Source of the DNA: an uncultured Acidimicrobiaceae bacterium
GTDB taxonomy: Bacteria > Actinomycetota > Acidimicrobiia > Acidimicrobiales > Bog-793
Assembly: GCA_964485645.1 (NCBI GenBank)
Contig: CAZAMA010000001.1
Span: forward strand, 9,512-50,233
Direction of reading: 5' to 3'
DNA: 40,722 nt
Shown: positions 21,638 to 30,849 of the stretch, in pieces
How positions within the stretch are numbered: the first letter of the stretch is position 1
Layout: every line of letters begins with the position of its first letter
The notes under the pieces: model-generated
Database searches by the model: none
Told to the model about the DNA's origin: nothing
The model's input: the letters and a program-made list of their open reading frames with translations, nothing else
Made by a program: the position numbers and the translations under genes

Positions 21638-23638
21638 TCACGCGCTCTTGATCCCGAGCCGCCTCAGATCCTGTTGCACGTCGGGCCAGACGTAGGAGCC
21701 ATCGAAGCCGACCGGCGGAACCCGCAGGGCCGCGCTGTAGTAGGCGAGGACCGAGGCTGTTCCCGGACCCGAGGGAACGACCGTCACGGCCCCCACGTCA
21801 TAGGTGCTGAGGAAGATCTGGATCGCCCGCGCGGTGGCGGCGTCGTTGGCCGGCGGAGGGCTCGGTTTGCCGTAGAGGGCCCAAACTAGGACCTGCTCAG
21901 CTTCATAGGGCGGGAGCAGGAGAGCAGCCCCGCGCACCGGCTTGCCGGTCGGGCCGGCGACCGAGCCTCGAAAGCCGATCAGCTTGAAGCGCATCGAAGC
22001 GGCCGACTGCCAGAGCAATGCCTGGTCGTTCGGCCCACCATAGGAAACTGGCAGAGGATAGGACAGCACAACACTTCCAGGGACCAGAGGCGAGTTGGGC
22101 GCGGTGAACAGCGCCGGCACGCCCGCGAAGGTCGACTGGTAGGGAAGGGCAGGAAGGAGCGGGAGGAGGGCCACAGCCGCGATCCCGAGGCAGCCAAGGG
22201 CCGTGCCCAGGCGCGCGCCTGTCCGTCCGTCTCGCCCGCTCGCCTGCCGCTCGCCTGCCGCCCGCTCGCCTGCCGGGCCCGTCGATAGCTGGGCCACCGC
22301 GGGGGATCCCGGCGGTCGCGGCGCGGTCGCGGCCCTTCCTCGAAGCCCGGCGAGCACTCCCTCGTTCCGCATCCGGTCCAGGCCGACGGCCAACACCACC
22401 GCGATCCCGAGGTACATCACCGACGAGTACCGCAGATCGAGGGCTCCGCTTATGAGCGGGAGCTTCATGAGCAAGGCGTAGGGAAGCTTGACGCTCCCTT
22501 TGCCAGGTCCGAGAGTGATGACCCAACCACCGAGGGCGACCAGCATGAACAGCTGTACCTGACCAACGCGGCGGCAGCGTACGCAGATGAATGCCAGCAG
22601 GACGAGGAGCGGGATACCGATATAGGTCGTGTGCTCCACCCCGTTCTTCTGCACGAGCACCATGCCCTTGGCGAGCCAGCTCCCAAGGCCGAAGCGCTGC
22701 AGCGACGTCGGGTATATGAGCGAGGCCGGGTAGGAGTGGTACTGGTCGAGCGCGGACACCGGATGCGGCGGGCCTGAGACGTGAAAGGGACCGCGGAAGT
22801 AGATCCAGATCGGATAAGCAGCAAGAGCTAAGAACGTCACTCCCGCGCTGAGGGCGCCTCGCAGGAGGTCCCGGCTTCTCTCGAGTGCCGCCCGCGGACG
22901 GCGAATGGCCATCACCACCAAGCCGCACACGGCCGCGAGCACCATTATCGCGAGGATCTCGGGCGAGATCATGAGCTGAGCCGCAACCACGACCCCGAGC
23001 AGGATGCCATTGCGGACGACATGGCGGCGACGCACGACCAACTCGTCCAGCAGAGCCATCATGATCGGCGGAAGGGGGAGAAACACAAGGAACAGGTGCG
23101 ATTGGGACTGACCGACCATGAAGGGCGAGAACTCGAAGAGCAATCCCCCGAGAAAGGCGGCGGGCCACCATCTGACCCAGCGCCGCAGGACGAAATACAT
23201 CGATATCCCGGACAGCGCAAATGCCAAGCGCATCAGGAGGCTGAAGGTCGAGAGAGCACCATATGCCAGCGTGAAGGGCGCAAAGATGATCCCGAGCAAC
23301 GGGTCGGCGGTGTTGTTCATCAAGTTGACGCCGTGCGGATAGTCGGCCCAGGTCGTATAGAGCGGGTTCAGGCCATGGGAGAGGGCGTAGGCCGGCCAAG
23401 CGAGGAACCACACCTGTGAGGAGATGTCGCCACAAGCGCACGGAGGCAGTGTGACGCCCGTAGCCGGAGGGTGAACCCCATAGACAAAGGCGGCCAGCGT
23501 TGTGTAGACGAGGACGACGGCAGTTGGGGGACCGTATCTCCGGAGCCGGTCGTGCCTTGGCCCGGCCGCTGGCGGCGTCGCGGCGGACGCCGGCTCGGAG
23601 GCAGCGATTTGTTCGTCGATAGAGGAGCCGGCGCTCAT
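21638..23638 (-). CDS. Polytopic membrane protein, GT-C/YfhO-like glycosyltransferase candidate
   Basis: About 12 hydrophobic segments. Loop CGDISSQVWFLAW...YPHGVNL, AAFLGGLLFEFSPF, YIG motif, and a soluble C-terminal domain (ALLWQ). The GT-C assignment is inference. Confidence 0.6.
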   Translation of the reverse strand: MSAGSSIDEQIAASEPASAATPPAAGPRHDRLRRYGPPTAVVLVYTTLAAFVYGVHPPATGVTLPPCACGDISSQVWFLAWPAYALSHGLNPLYTTWADYPHGVNLMNNTADPLLGIIFAPFTLAYGALSTFSLLMRLAFALSGISMYFVLRRWVRWWPAAFLGGLLFEFSPFMVGQSQSHLFLVFLPLPPIMMALLDELVVRRRHVVRNGILLGVVVAAQLMISPEILAIMVLAAVCGLVVMAIRRPRAALERSRDLLRGALSAGVTFLALAAYPIWIYFRGPFHVSGPPHPVSALDQYHSYPASLIYPTSLQRFGLGSWLAKGMVLVQKNGVEHTTYIGIPLLVLLAFICVRCRRVGQVQLFMLVALGGWVITLGPGKGSVKLPYALLMKLPLISGALDLRYSSVMYLGIAVVLAVGLDRMRNEGVLAGLRGRAATAPRPPGSPAVAQLSTGPAGERAAGERQASGRDGRTGARLGTALGCLGIAAVALLPLLPALPYQSTFAGVPALFTAPNSPLVPGSVVLSYPLPVSYGGPNDQALLWQSAASMRFKLIGFRGSVAGPTGKPVRGAALLLPPYEAEQVLVWALYGKPSPPPANDAATARAIQIFLSTYDVGAVTVVPSGPGTASVLAYYSAALRVPPVGFDGSYVWPDVQQDLRRLGIKSA
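22236..22272. repeat. 11-bp direct repeat (ccgctcgcctg x3) inside the membrane protein gene
   Basis: Copies at 22236-22246, 22247-22257 and 22262-22272. Confidence 0.7.
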
Positions 23639-23700
23639 TTCGCTGGACAGTACCAGGCCACCTTGCGCCGGTGGCGGCCGGCGCGGGCCGCGCCTCGGGC

Positions 23701-24141
23701 TCAGTCCGGTGGCACGAGCTTCAGCATGCTTGATCGGACAGCTGAGGGCCGCTCGACCAGGCTCGGGCCGGGCTCGTCGTTGCGCAGCATCGCAGCCGCG
23801 GAGGCAAAGTACCTGAGGACCTCGGCCTCGTCCGAGTCCTCAAGGCCGCCGGCTCCCACCGCAGAGGTCATGTGTGCCAGCCAGGCGTCGTGCTCGGCGG
23901 CTCCGACGACGAACCCGGCGTGGCGCATTCTCAGGCGGGGATGCCCCCGCAACGCGTCGTAGCGGCGCGGACCTCCGAAGTACTGGGCGAGGAACATCGC
24001 GAGGTGGGTGCGCGACCCCGCCATATCCTTCGGATAGAGCGGGCGGAGCACAGGATCGGACTCGACGCCTTCATAGAAGCGGGCCACGAGGGCATCGAAC
24101 CACTCCTGCCCGCCGACACGGTCGTAGAGGGTTTCTCCCAC
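23701..24141 (-). CDS. Group II truncated hemoglobin (GlbO-like)
   Basis: GTG 24141: GETLYDRVGG...LVARFYEGV..DPVLRPLYP...FLAQYFGGP..Y...RGHPRLRMRH. TAAGCT lies 7 nt upstream, suggesting a leaderless mRNA. Confidence 0.88.
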   Translation of the reverse strand: MGETLYDRVGGQEWFDALVARFYEGVESDPVLRPLYPKDMAGSRTHLAMFLAQYFGGPRRYDALRGHPRLRMRHAGFVVGAAEHDAWLAHMTSAVGAGGLEDSDEAEVLRYFASAAAMLRNDEPGPSLVERPSAVRSSMLKLVPPD

Positions 24142-24218
24142 GGAGCTCAGCTTAGAGAGGGAGGCGGCGCAGGCTTGCCGGCAGCCGCCGGCGGGACGGC
24201 TCTGACGCGTTCGCTCCT

Positions 24219-25103
24219 TCAGATGCGCTCGTGCGCGGCGCCGTCGAAGAGCGGCTCGATACCGAGACGGTCGACATCTCCGATCATCTCGACCTCCGAC
24301 GGCGCTCCGAGCTCGCGCCACGATGCAGCGGCCCCGAGGATGGGGCGAAGAAGCCTCGTGTCACTCGATGTGTTGAGGAACAGCTGCTCGTTCGAGAGCA
24401 CGTAGCGGACCGCCCGCGCAAGAGCCGTCTCATCCTCGGTCGGCTTGTACCAACTGAGCCTCGCTCCGGTGTCCTGCGGGCTCCAGCGCCTCTCGGCAAT
24501 GGACTTGATCGTCTGAACTGCGATCCGTCGCTCGGCGCAGAGCTCGAGAAGCCGCTCCACATCGCGCCGGTAGTCATCGTTGCCGAGCAGGGCGAAGTTG
24601 TATGGCACCAGCACCGAGTCGAGGTCGGCGCGCGCCAAAGTGCGTAGGTGCATCCCCGCTATGCGAAGCCCATGTCCGGTGACCCCTACGTGGCGAGCGA
24701 GCCCCTCGTCTCGCGCACGCAGCAGTCCCTCCACGGCACCGCCCGCGCCGTGGGCCAGGGACCACTCGTCTTCCTCTACGAGGTTGTGCATCTGGATCAG
24801 ATCGACATGGTCCACGCCGAGGCGCTCGAGGGAGCGCTCGAGCTCCGCGCGGGCGGAGTCACGCGTCCGGCCTTCGGTCTTCGTGGCGAGAAAGAACACA
24901 CCTGGATGCCGCGCGAGCCACGGCGCCAGCCTGAGCTCGGAGTCCCCGTACGAGGCGGCTGTGTCGAGGTGGTTGACGCCGAACTCGAGAATGGTAGGCA
25001 GCAGCGCGTCGGCCTGTTCTTGTGACATGGAGCCGAGGCCGGCGGCGCCGAAGATGACCCGGCTGCTGCGGTGACCTGTTCGGCCGAACAGTGCGCTCTC
25101 GAT
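24219..25103 (-). CDS. Aldo/keto reductase family protein (start uncertain)
   Basis: LDTAASYGDSE, FLATKT, SLERLGVDHVDLIQMH, GVTGHG. The family-typical N-terminus FGRTGHRSSRVIFG lies upstream of ATG 25028, back to ATC 25103. Confidence 0.85.
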   Translation of the reverse strand: MESALFGRTGHRSSRVIFGAAGLGSMSQEQADALLPTILEFGVNHLDTAASYGDSELRLAPWLARHPGVFFLATKTEGRTRDSARAELERSLERLGVDHVDLIQMHNLVEEDEWSLAHGAGGAVEGLLRARDEGLARHVGVTGHGLRIAGMHLRTLARADLDSVLVPYNFALLGNDDYRRDVERLLELCAERRIAVQTIKSIAERRWSPQDTGARLSWYKPTEDETALARAVRYVLSNEQLFLNTSSDTRLLRPILGAAASWRELGAPSEVEMIGDVDRLGIEPLFDGAAHERI

Positions 25104-25150
25104 TGCCTGAGCTTACTCGCGCGACCCACGGACTCTGCCCGTTGGCCGCC

Positions 25151-27061
25151 TCATCGAGAGGTCATGACGCGCCGGACAGTTGCCGCAAGGACGGCGGTGA
25201 ATGATGCCCTCGTCGCCTCCGTCGAGGGCTCCCGCACGACATTCAGACGGTATCTCTCAGTCCCCCTCGTGTCGAGCACATAGACGGCGTAGCTCGTGAC
25301 GCCACCCGATCCCGGCGGCGCCACCCCGGCGCTAACCCTGTCGGCCTTCCAGAGCGCCGCGAGGCGGTTCACCGGCCCGGTAAGAAAAAGCCAGTTCCCC
25401 ACGGCGCCCAAACCCTGCGCCCGGTCGAACGCCCTCAGTGCCGCCAGCGAGCGGTCGCGAGGACTCGTGTCGATCGCGACAAACTCGACTCTTGCACGCT
25501 CGGCTGCGAGCAAGCCGTCCGTCTGGGCTAGCTCATGACCGAGAGCGCGGCTCGACTCGGTGCCCACGGGGTCGAGGAAGGCGAGCACCACCACCTTCCC
25601 GCGCAGGCCCGCGAGCCTCTCGGTCCTGCCGGACTGATCTCGCAGAACGAAATTGGGCACGGCGACGTCGATGCGAGTCGGCGGACCATCGATCGCCTGG
25701 TAGGCGATCGGATCGGCGCGAGAGTTGATCGCGGCCCCCACAATCGGCACGACACCGAGCGCCGTCACTGCAAGAGCCCCAAAGCTGCAGAGACCGCGCA
25801 AGACATAGCCCGGGCGCTCTCGCGCCCTGTTCCCCCACGTCGGCCGCGACACGGCATCTCCTGAAGCCAAGGACTGCCCACGATCAGGTCCCAGCCGGGC
25901 AGGAAGCTCTAATTCGGGAGACAGCAGCTCCACCTCGGTGCCCGCACGAGTGACTGCCAGATACGCGGTGACAAGGATGACCAAAGTCGGGATCATGCTG
26001 TTCGGGTCCGTGCCTGTCCCGCCGAGGAAACCCAAGTCCTGCACCAGCACCCAGTCAGCCAGGCACACCAGGACGGACGCGCCCAAGGCGAAGCGAAGTG
26101 TCGCTGTCCTCTCGGAGAGATAGGCCAGCCCGAGGAAGCTCAACACGACTACGACGGCCAGGTTCACCGCCAGGCCGTTGGCTCCGGCAAAGGAGGCAAA
26201 CGCCGTGATCCATGACGAGAGGTAGTGGGGCTGAGGGGTCCTAGCCATGGCAGCCAGCATCGAGACAAGCGTCCCCGGACCGTTCTGCGCTGTCCCATCC
26301 CCGCGCCAAAAGCCGCGCCCGGGCCAGGCTTGCAGCAAAGCCATCAACAGGAAGAAGATGCCAGCCGTGCGCGTGATCGCCAGACCGACCTGGCCCTCCT
26401 CCCATCGTCTGTCGTCGAGCACGATCAGAGCTCCGGCCACGCAGTAGAGCAGGGCGGCTCCCGGTGCCCCGAACATCCAGCTCGCCCCGGGGGCAAGAAG
26501 ACCACCGAACGACTCGCCGAACACCCAGGCTGTCAGTCCCCAAACCACGCTCGCGGCGCCGGCACATCTCGACCAGACCCCCCGGGGCGCAAGCAACAGC
26601 CAAGTCCCGATCCCGAGACCGATCCACATAGAAGCGCAGCTCACGACGATCGGGTGATAGCTCCAGACGACTACAGCAAAGCTCGCGACCTGGCGAACCC
26701 ACAAAGGTGCCGACGCAGCTGATGGCTCGAAGACCCTCGAGGGCACGTACAGAGGCACCGACGTCTGCAGCCCTAAAAGCGCGTCGAAGATCCACAGCAA
26801 CGCGAATCCGATCCGGAGAAAGCGGCGGGCCGCAGGCTCGGTGTCTCCGCGGTCGTGGCTGGTGCTGGCTGCTCCCACGACTGCTCCGGTGGATACGCGG
26901 GCGGCACTCGGCCGGCGCAGTCCGATGACGAGCACTGCCCAAATGGTCGCGAGCAGCACGAAGATGCCGGCGACGATAACCGACTGACGGATCAGCGCGG
27001 AATGGAACGCGGAGACGATAAGGGCGTTGCCTGGCGGTACACCCCTGCTCATCCCCGGCAT
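25151..27061 (-). CDS. Membrane protein (DoxX-like helices) fused to a C-terminal SCO1/SenC-like thioredoxin-fold domain
   Basis: TM region with LRIGFALLWIFD and GTGTDPNS. C-terminal PNFVLRDQSG...LRGKVVVLAFLDP...NWLFLTG...VYVLDTRG. Confidence 0.7.
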   Translation of the reverse strand: MPGMSRGVPPGNALIVSAFHSALIRQSVIVAGIFVLLATIWAVLVIGLRRPSAARVSTGAVVGAASTSHDRGDTEPAARRFLRIGFALLWIFDALLGLQTSVPLYVPSRVFEPSAASAPLWVRQVASFAVVVWSYHPIVVSCASMWIGLGIGTWLLLAPRGVWSRCAGAASVVWGLTAWVFGESFGGLLAPGASWMFGAPGAALLYCVAGALIVLDDRRWEEGQVGLAITRTAGIFFLLMALLQAWPGRGFWRGDGTAQNGPGTLVSMLAAMARTPQPHYLSSWITAFASFAGANGLAVNLAVVVVLSFLGLAYLSERTATLRFALGASVLVCLADWVLVQDLGFLGGTGTDPNSMIPTLVILVTAYLAVTRAGTEVELLSPELELPARLGPDRGQSLASGDAVSRPTWGNRARERPGYVLRGLCSFGALAVTALGVVPIVGAAINSRADPIAYQAIDGPPTRIDVAVPNFVLRDQSGRTERLAGLRGKVVVLAFLDPVGTESSRALGHELAQTDGLLAAERARVEFVAIDTSPRDRSLAALRAFDRAQGLGAVGNWLFLTGPVNRLAALWKADRVSAGVAPPGSGGVTSYAVYVLDTRGTERYRLNVVREPSTEATRASFTAVLAATVRRVMTSR

Positions 27062-27333
27062 CGTGAATCGGCTCCCTGCAACTCCTCAGGTGCGCGCGCG
27101 GCCGGAGCACCGGCGCAAAACCGCCGGGCATGGGCCGGCCGCTGCCGGTTCCGCCGTGCTGTAAGTTCCGCCACTACTCCCCTACACGGTACCGGAACTT
27201 CGTCCCGTGTGCCGGAATTGTGACGAAGTGGCGCTTCAGCGACATGGCGATGACCGGTGGAGCCGCATCATCAGTTGCCAGCCGGCGCATCCGGCCCTGG
27301 CGCTGCCCACCCTGCGCCGTCGAGGGATTTCTC

Positions 27334-29766
27334 CTAGGAGCGGACCCGGTCGGCCGCCGGGTCATAGAGGGGCCGGTCATGGCGAATCGCAGGGAACTGC
27401 TCGCCGGCAACCTCTACCGAGAAGGCCGTCCCGGCCGCCAGCTCGATCGGGAGAAAGGCCGAGAAGATAGTCCGAGCCACGGTGTATCCATAGCCGGCGC
27501 TTCTTACGGGGCTCAGGTACCCGGTCGGCGGATGCACCAGGCATTCCCCCCCGTGCATGGCGAGATCCGCGTCAGCAGTGAACCAGCAGAGCTTTCTCTG
27601 CGGCCCCTGTGCGGAGATCGCCCGCAGGGCCGGGCCCGCCAGCAGCTCGGGCCTGTCCGCCTTTACGGCAAAGCCGAGGCCGACCTCGTAGGGGTTCGTG
27701 TAAGCGTTCATGTCGAGCGCCCAAGCCAGATACTGCTTCTCGAGACGCAGGCTGTTAAGAGCGCGGTAACCGGCGTCTCGGATCGCGAATGTGGACCCGG
27801 CCTCGATAAGCTGCTCGTAGAGTCCGCGCACGTACTCCGTCGGCACGTGCAACTCGTATCCCAACTCGCCTACATAGGTGACACGTAAGGCCCTGACCGG
27901 GGCATAGCCGATGTCGACGTCTCGCGCCGTCATGTAGGCAAAGGACTGCCTGGACAGGTCCGCCCTGCTCAGAGCTTGCAGTAGATCGCGCGACCTCGGT
28001 CCGCAGACGTTCAGCACGCCAAAGTCAGAGGTGACGTCTCGGATCACAACTGTGCCGTCATCTGGCGCGTGCTCGAGGAGGAACGCGACGTCATGGCGAC
28101 CAAAGCCGCTCCCGGTCACGAGATAGAACAGGTTGGTACCCAGTCGAGTGATGGTGACGTCGGCTTCGATGCCACCTCTTTCGTTCAGCAGTTGGCTGTA
28201 GACGACGCTGCCAACGGCGACGTCGGTCCGGTTGCCCGCGAGCTTTGCCAGGAGCTCGACAGCGCCCGGTCCGGACAGCTCGTACTTCGAGAACGAGCTC
28301 TGGTCGATAACGGCAACCGAGGTGCGGATGGCCTCGTGCTCGGCGCCGACCGGCTGAAAGGCGTTGCTCCTCCCAAATGTCGGCTCCTCTGCTTCGTGGG
28401 TGCCCTGCGGCGCGAACCAGTTCGCTCGTTCCCAACCGAACTTGGTCCCCAGCACCGCACCGCGCAAGGAGAGGACGTCGTAGAGAGCGCTCCGGCGCTG
28501 ACCCCGCGGGGCACTCAGCTCCCGGTTCGGATAGGCGATCGAGTAGTAGTGGCCGTAGGCCTCCACGGCGCGTTCTTCGAGATAGGTCGGGACGCTGTGC
28601 GAAGCGCCGAAACGTCGAACGTCGAAGTCCCAGAGGTCGAGGCCGGGATCGCCGTCGGCGATCCAGTTCGCCACTGCCCACCCGGCGCCACCGGCAGCTG
28701 CGACGCCGGCCGAGAATCCGCAGCAGTGATAGAGGTTGTCGAGATCCTCGGTCACGCCGAGCAAGGGCTCGGCGTCCGGAGAGAAAGGGATCGGACCGTT
28801 GATGAAGCTCTGGATGCCCAGCTCGGCCGCGAACGGGATGCGCTTGCTCACGCCCATATGTATGGGCTCGAAACGGTCGTAGTTCGGCTCGAACAACTGC
28901 GGTCCGAAGTCGCGCGGGACTGTCCGCCAAGGTGCCCTTGTCCCCTCCTCCCATCCCCCGAAAGCAAGCGACCCCGATTCCGGCTTGAGGTAGAACCGGG
29001 CATCTGGGTCGCGAAGCGTCGGAAGGTCGGCCGGTATCTCGGCGGCTTTGCCCGTGACGACATACTGGTGCTCGACCGCGTTGACCGCCACGTCGACTCC
29101 AGCCAAGCGGGCGGTCTCCGCCCCCCACATGCCGGTGGCGTTGACGACAGTCTCGCACTCGATGCGTCCCTGTTCGGTGACGACAGCCGTGACTCGGCGG
29201 CCGACTCTCTCAAGCGCCTCCACCCGGCAGTGCTGAACGATCCGGACGCCGGCTGCTCTGGCCCCGCCGGCAAATGCGTGGGTCAGCTGGCTCGGGTCTA
29301 TGTAGCCGTCGCTCGGAACGAAGGTCGCGCCGTGGACGCCATCGATGTCGAGGAACGGGAACAGTTCCTTGGCCTCGGCCGGAGAGGTCAGGTGGACGTC
29401 GAAGCCGAAGCTCTTGCCAGCGGTGGCCAGCCGGCGAATCTCCCGCCAGCGATCGGGGCTCGAGGCAACCCTGAGGCTGCCCACCGGCCTCCAGCCGGTC
29501 GCAAGGCCCGTGTCCTGCTCGAGGCGATCGTAGATCTCGACGCTCTTGGCCATGAGCTGGGTGAGGCTCGCGGAGCTCCTGAGCTGACCGACGAGGCCGG
29601 CCGCGTGCCACGTCGAACCATCGGTAAGCCCGCGGCGCTCGACGACAGTGACACCGTCGACGCCTCGGACGGCCAGTTGGTAGGCGATGCTGCAGCCGAC
29701 CACGCCTCCGCCTATGATCACGACTCGGCTGCTCGCAGGGACCGTGGTGCCTTGCATGTCCCCCAT
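27334..29766 (-). CDS. GcvT-family FAD-dependent oxidoreductase (dimethylglycine/sarcosine dehydrogenase-like)
   Basis: IIGGGVVG, GSTWHAAG (flavinylation His), NGPIPFSPD, GWERANWF, RVTYVGELGYE, LRLEK, YDP. Start 29766 chosen from an upstream TATGGT; 29790 and 29757 are alternatives. Confidence 0.9.
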   Translation of the reverse strand: MGDMQGTTVPASSRVVIIGGGVVGCSIAYQLAVRGVDGVTVVERRGLTDGSTWHAAGLVGQLRSSASLTQLMAKSVEIYDRLEQDTGLATGWRPVGSLRVASSPDRWREIRRLATAGKSFGFDVHLTSPAEAKELFPFLDIDGVHGATFVPSDGYIDPSQLTHAFAGGARAAGVRIVQHCRVEALERVGRRVTAVVTEQGRIECETVVNATGMWGAETARLAGVDVAVNAVEHQYVVTGKAAEIPADLPTLRDPDARFYLKPESGSLAFGGWEEGTRAPWRTVPRDFGPQLFEPNYDRFEPIHMGVSKRIPFAAELGIQSFINGPIPFSPDAEPLLGVTEDLDNLYHCCGFSAGVAAAGGAGWAVANWIADGDPGLDLWDFDVRRFGASHSVPTYLEERAVEAYGHYYSIAYPNRELSAPRGQRRSALYDVLSLRGAVLGTKFGWERANWFAPQGTHEAEEPTFGRSNAFQPVGAEHEAIRTSVAVIDQSSFSKYELSGPGAVELLAKLAGNRTDVAVGSVVYSQLLNERGGIEADVTITRLGTNLFYLVTGSGFGRHDVAFLLEHAPDDGTVVIRDVTSDFGVLNVCGPRSRDLLQALSRADLSRQSFAYMTARDVDIGYAPVRALRVTYVGELGYELHVPTEYVRGLYEQLIEAGSTFAIRDAGYRALNSLRLEKQYLAWALDMNAYTNPYEVGLGFAVKADRPELLAGPALRAISAQGPQRKLCWFTADADLAMHGGECLVHPPTGYLSPVRSAGYGYTVARTIFSAFLPIELAAGTAFSVEVAGEQFPAIRHDRPLYDPAADRVRS

Positions 29767-29795
29767 GAGGGGCGACCATACCAGCGTCACTCCCT

Positions 29796-29809
29796 AAGGT
29801 CTAGACATT
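29796..29809. promoter_or_regulatory. Imperfect palindrome AAGGTCTAGACATT, GntR/HutC(DasR)-like operator candidate
   Basis: Perfect GTCTAGAC core (29799-29806) between divergent genes. One-mismatch copy GTCCAGAC at 29848-29855. Confidence 0.45.
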
Positions 29810-29868
29810 TAGATCCCAGATGTGTAGGTTCTCGCGGAGAGTCGGGAGTCCAGACACAAGGGCAGGAC

Positions 29869-30825
29869 ATGGGAGCAAAAGGGGCGGCGACGGACGGCTC
29901 GGACGACCCCCGAGGACCCGACGGAGCTCTCAAGCGGCTGCTCTTGCAGCTCGACTGCGTCGGTAGCCGCCCCTTCACAGTGAGCGAGCTGTCAGGCGGG
30001 CTCACGAACAAGAACTACCGTGTGAACACACCCGAGGCCGACCTCGTGGTCCGGGTAGCGGCTCCCAATGCCGGTGCGCTCTCGATCGACAGGGATAACG
30101 AGTATCACAACTCTCTTGCCGCTGCAGCCGCCGGGGTCGGCGCGCCAGTCGTCGAGTACCGGCCCGAGCTCGGCGTTCTCGTCGTCGGTTACATCGAGGC
30201 CCGGACCTTCCACGAAGAGGACCTGCGAAGCGGTCTCCACCTGGCCAGGGTGGCGGCAGCTTGCCGGTGTCTTCACGGCGGTCCCCGCTTCCGCAACGAC
30301 TTCGACATGTTCGAGCTGCAGGGACGCTACCTCTCGATAGTCCGAGAACGCGGGTACCGCCTCCCCGACGGCTACCTCGAGCTCGCGCCGCAGGTCGAGC
30401 GCATAAGGGCTGCCCTGAGTGCAAGAGCCATGCCGACCGTGCCTTGCAACAACGACCTGCTCGCCGGGAACATCCTCGACGACGGCGAGCAGATATGGCT
30501 GATCGACTACGAGTACTCGGGGAACAACGACCCGTGTTTCGAGCTCGGTAACATCTGGAGCGAATCTGGGCTCTCCCTCGAACAGCTTGGTGAGCTCGTC
30601 GGTCACTACTTCGGCCGTGGCAGAGTCGACCTTGTCGCGCGCGCCCGCCTGCAGGGTCTCATGTCCAAATACGGATGGACGCTGTGGGCATCGATCCAGG
30701 ACGGCGAAGCCGATCTCGACTTCGACTTCTGGTCCTGGGGGATGGAGAAGTACTCAAGGGCGGTGGCCGAGTTCGAAGGAGACGTCTTCGACGAGCTGGT
30801 CGATACTGTGACTCACGGCTCGTGA
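29869..30825 (+). CDS. Choline/ethanolamine kinase-like phosphotransferase
   Basis: Start ATG 29869 after gcagga. LSGGLTNKNYRV, PCNNDLLAGN (Brenner-type motif), IDYEYSGNNDPCFELGN. The listed ORF's N-terminal 600 aa is an antisense shadow. Confidence 0.88.
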   Translation: MGAKGAATDGSDDPRGPDGALKRLLLQLDCVGSRPFTVSELSGGLTNKNYRVNTPEADLVVRVAAPNAGALSIDRDNEYHNSLAAAAAGVGAPVVEYRPELGVLVVGYIEARTFHEEDLRSGLHLARVAAACRCLHGGPRFRNDFDMFELQGRYLSIVRERGYRLPDGYLELAPQVERIRAALSARAMPTVPCNNDLLAGNILDDGEQIWLIDYEYSGNNDPCFELGNIWSESGLSLEQLGELVGHYFGRGRVDLVARARLQGLMSKYGWTLWASIQDGEADLDFDFWSWGMEKYSRAVAEFEGDVFDELVDTVTHGS

Positions 30826-30849
30826 GACCGAGAACCTAGGAGGGCAAGC

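Noticed and set aside
27100-27240. Short ggaac/ccggaa repeats and an acacgg...ccgtgt inverted repeat upstream of the SCO fusion
   Set aside because: Too short, and no correctly spaced ECF-sigma -10 element. Not distinguishable from chance.
28069-29868. Apparent 918-aa protein with a 600-aa extension on the choline kinase
   Set aside because: The extension is antisense to the GcvT-family gene. Kinase motifs start only after ATG 29869.
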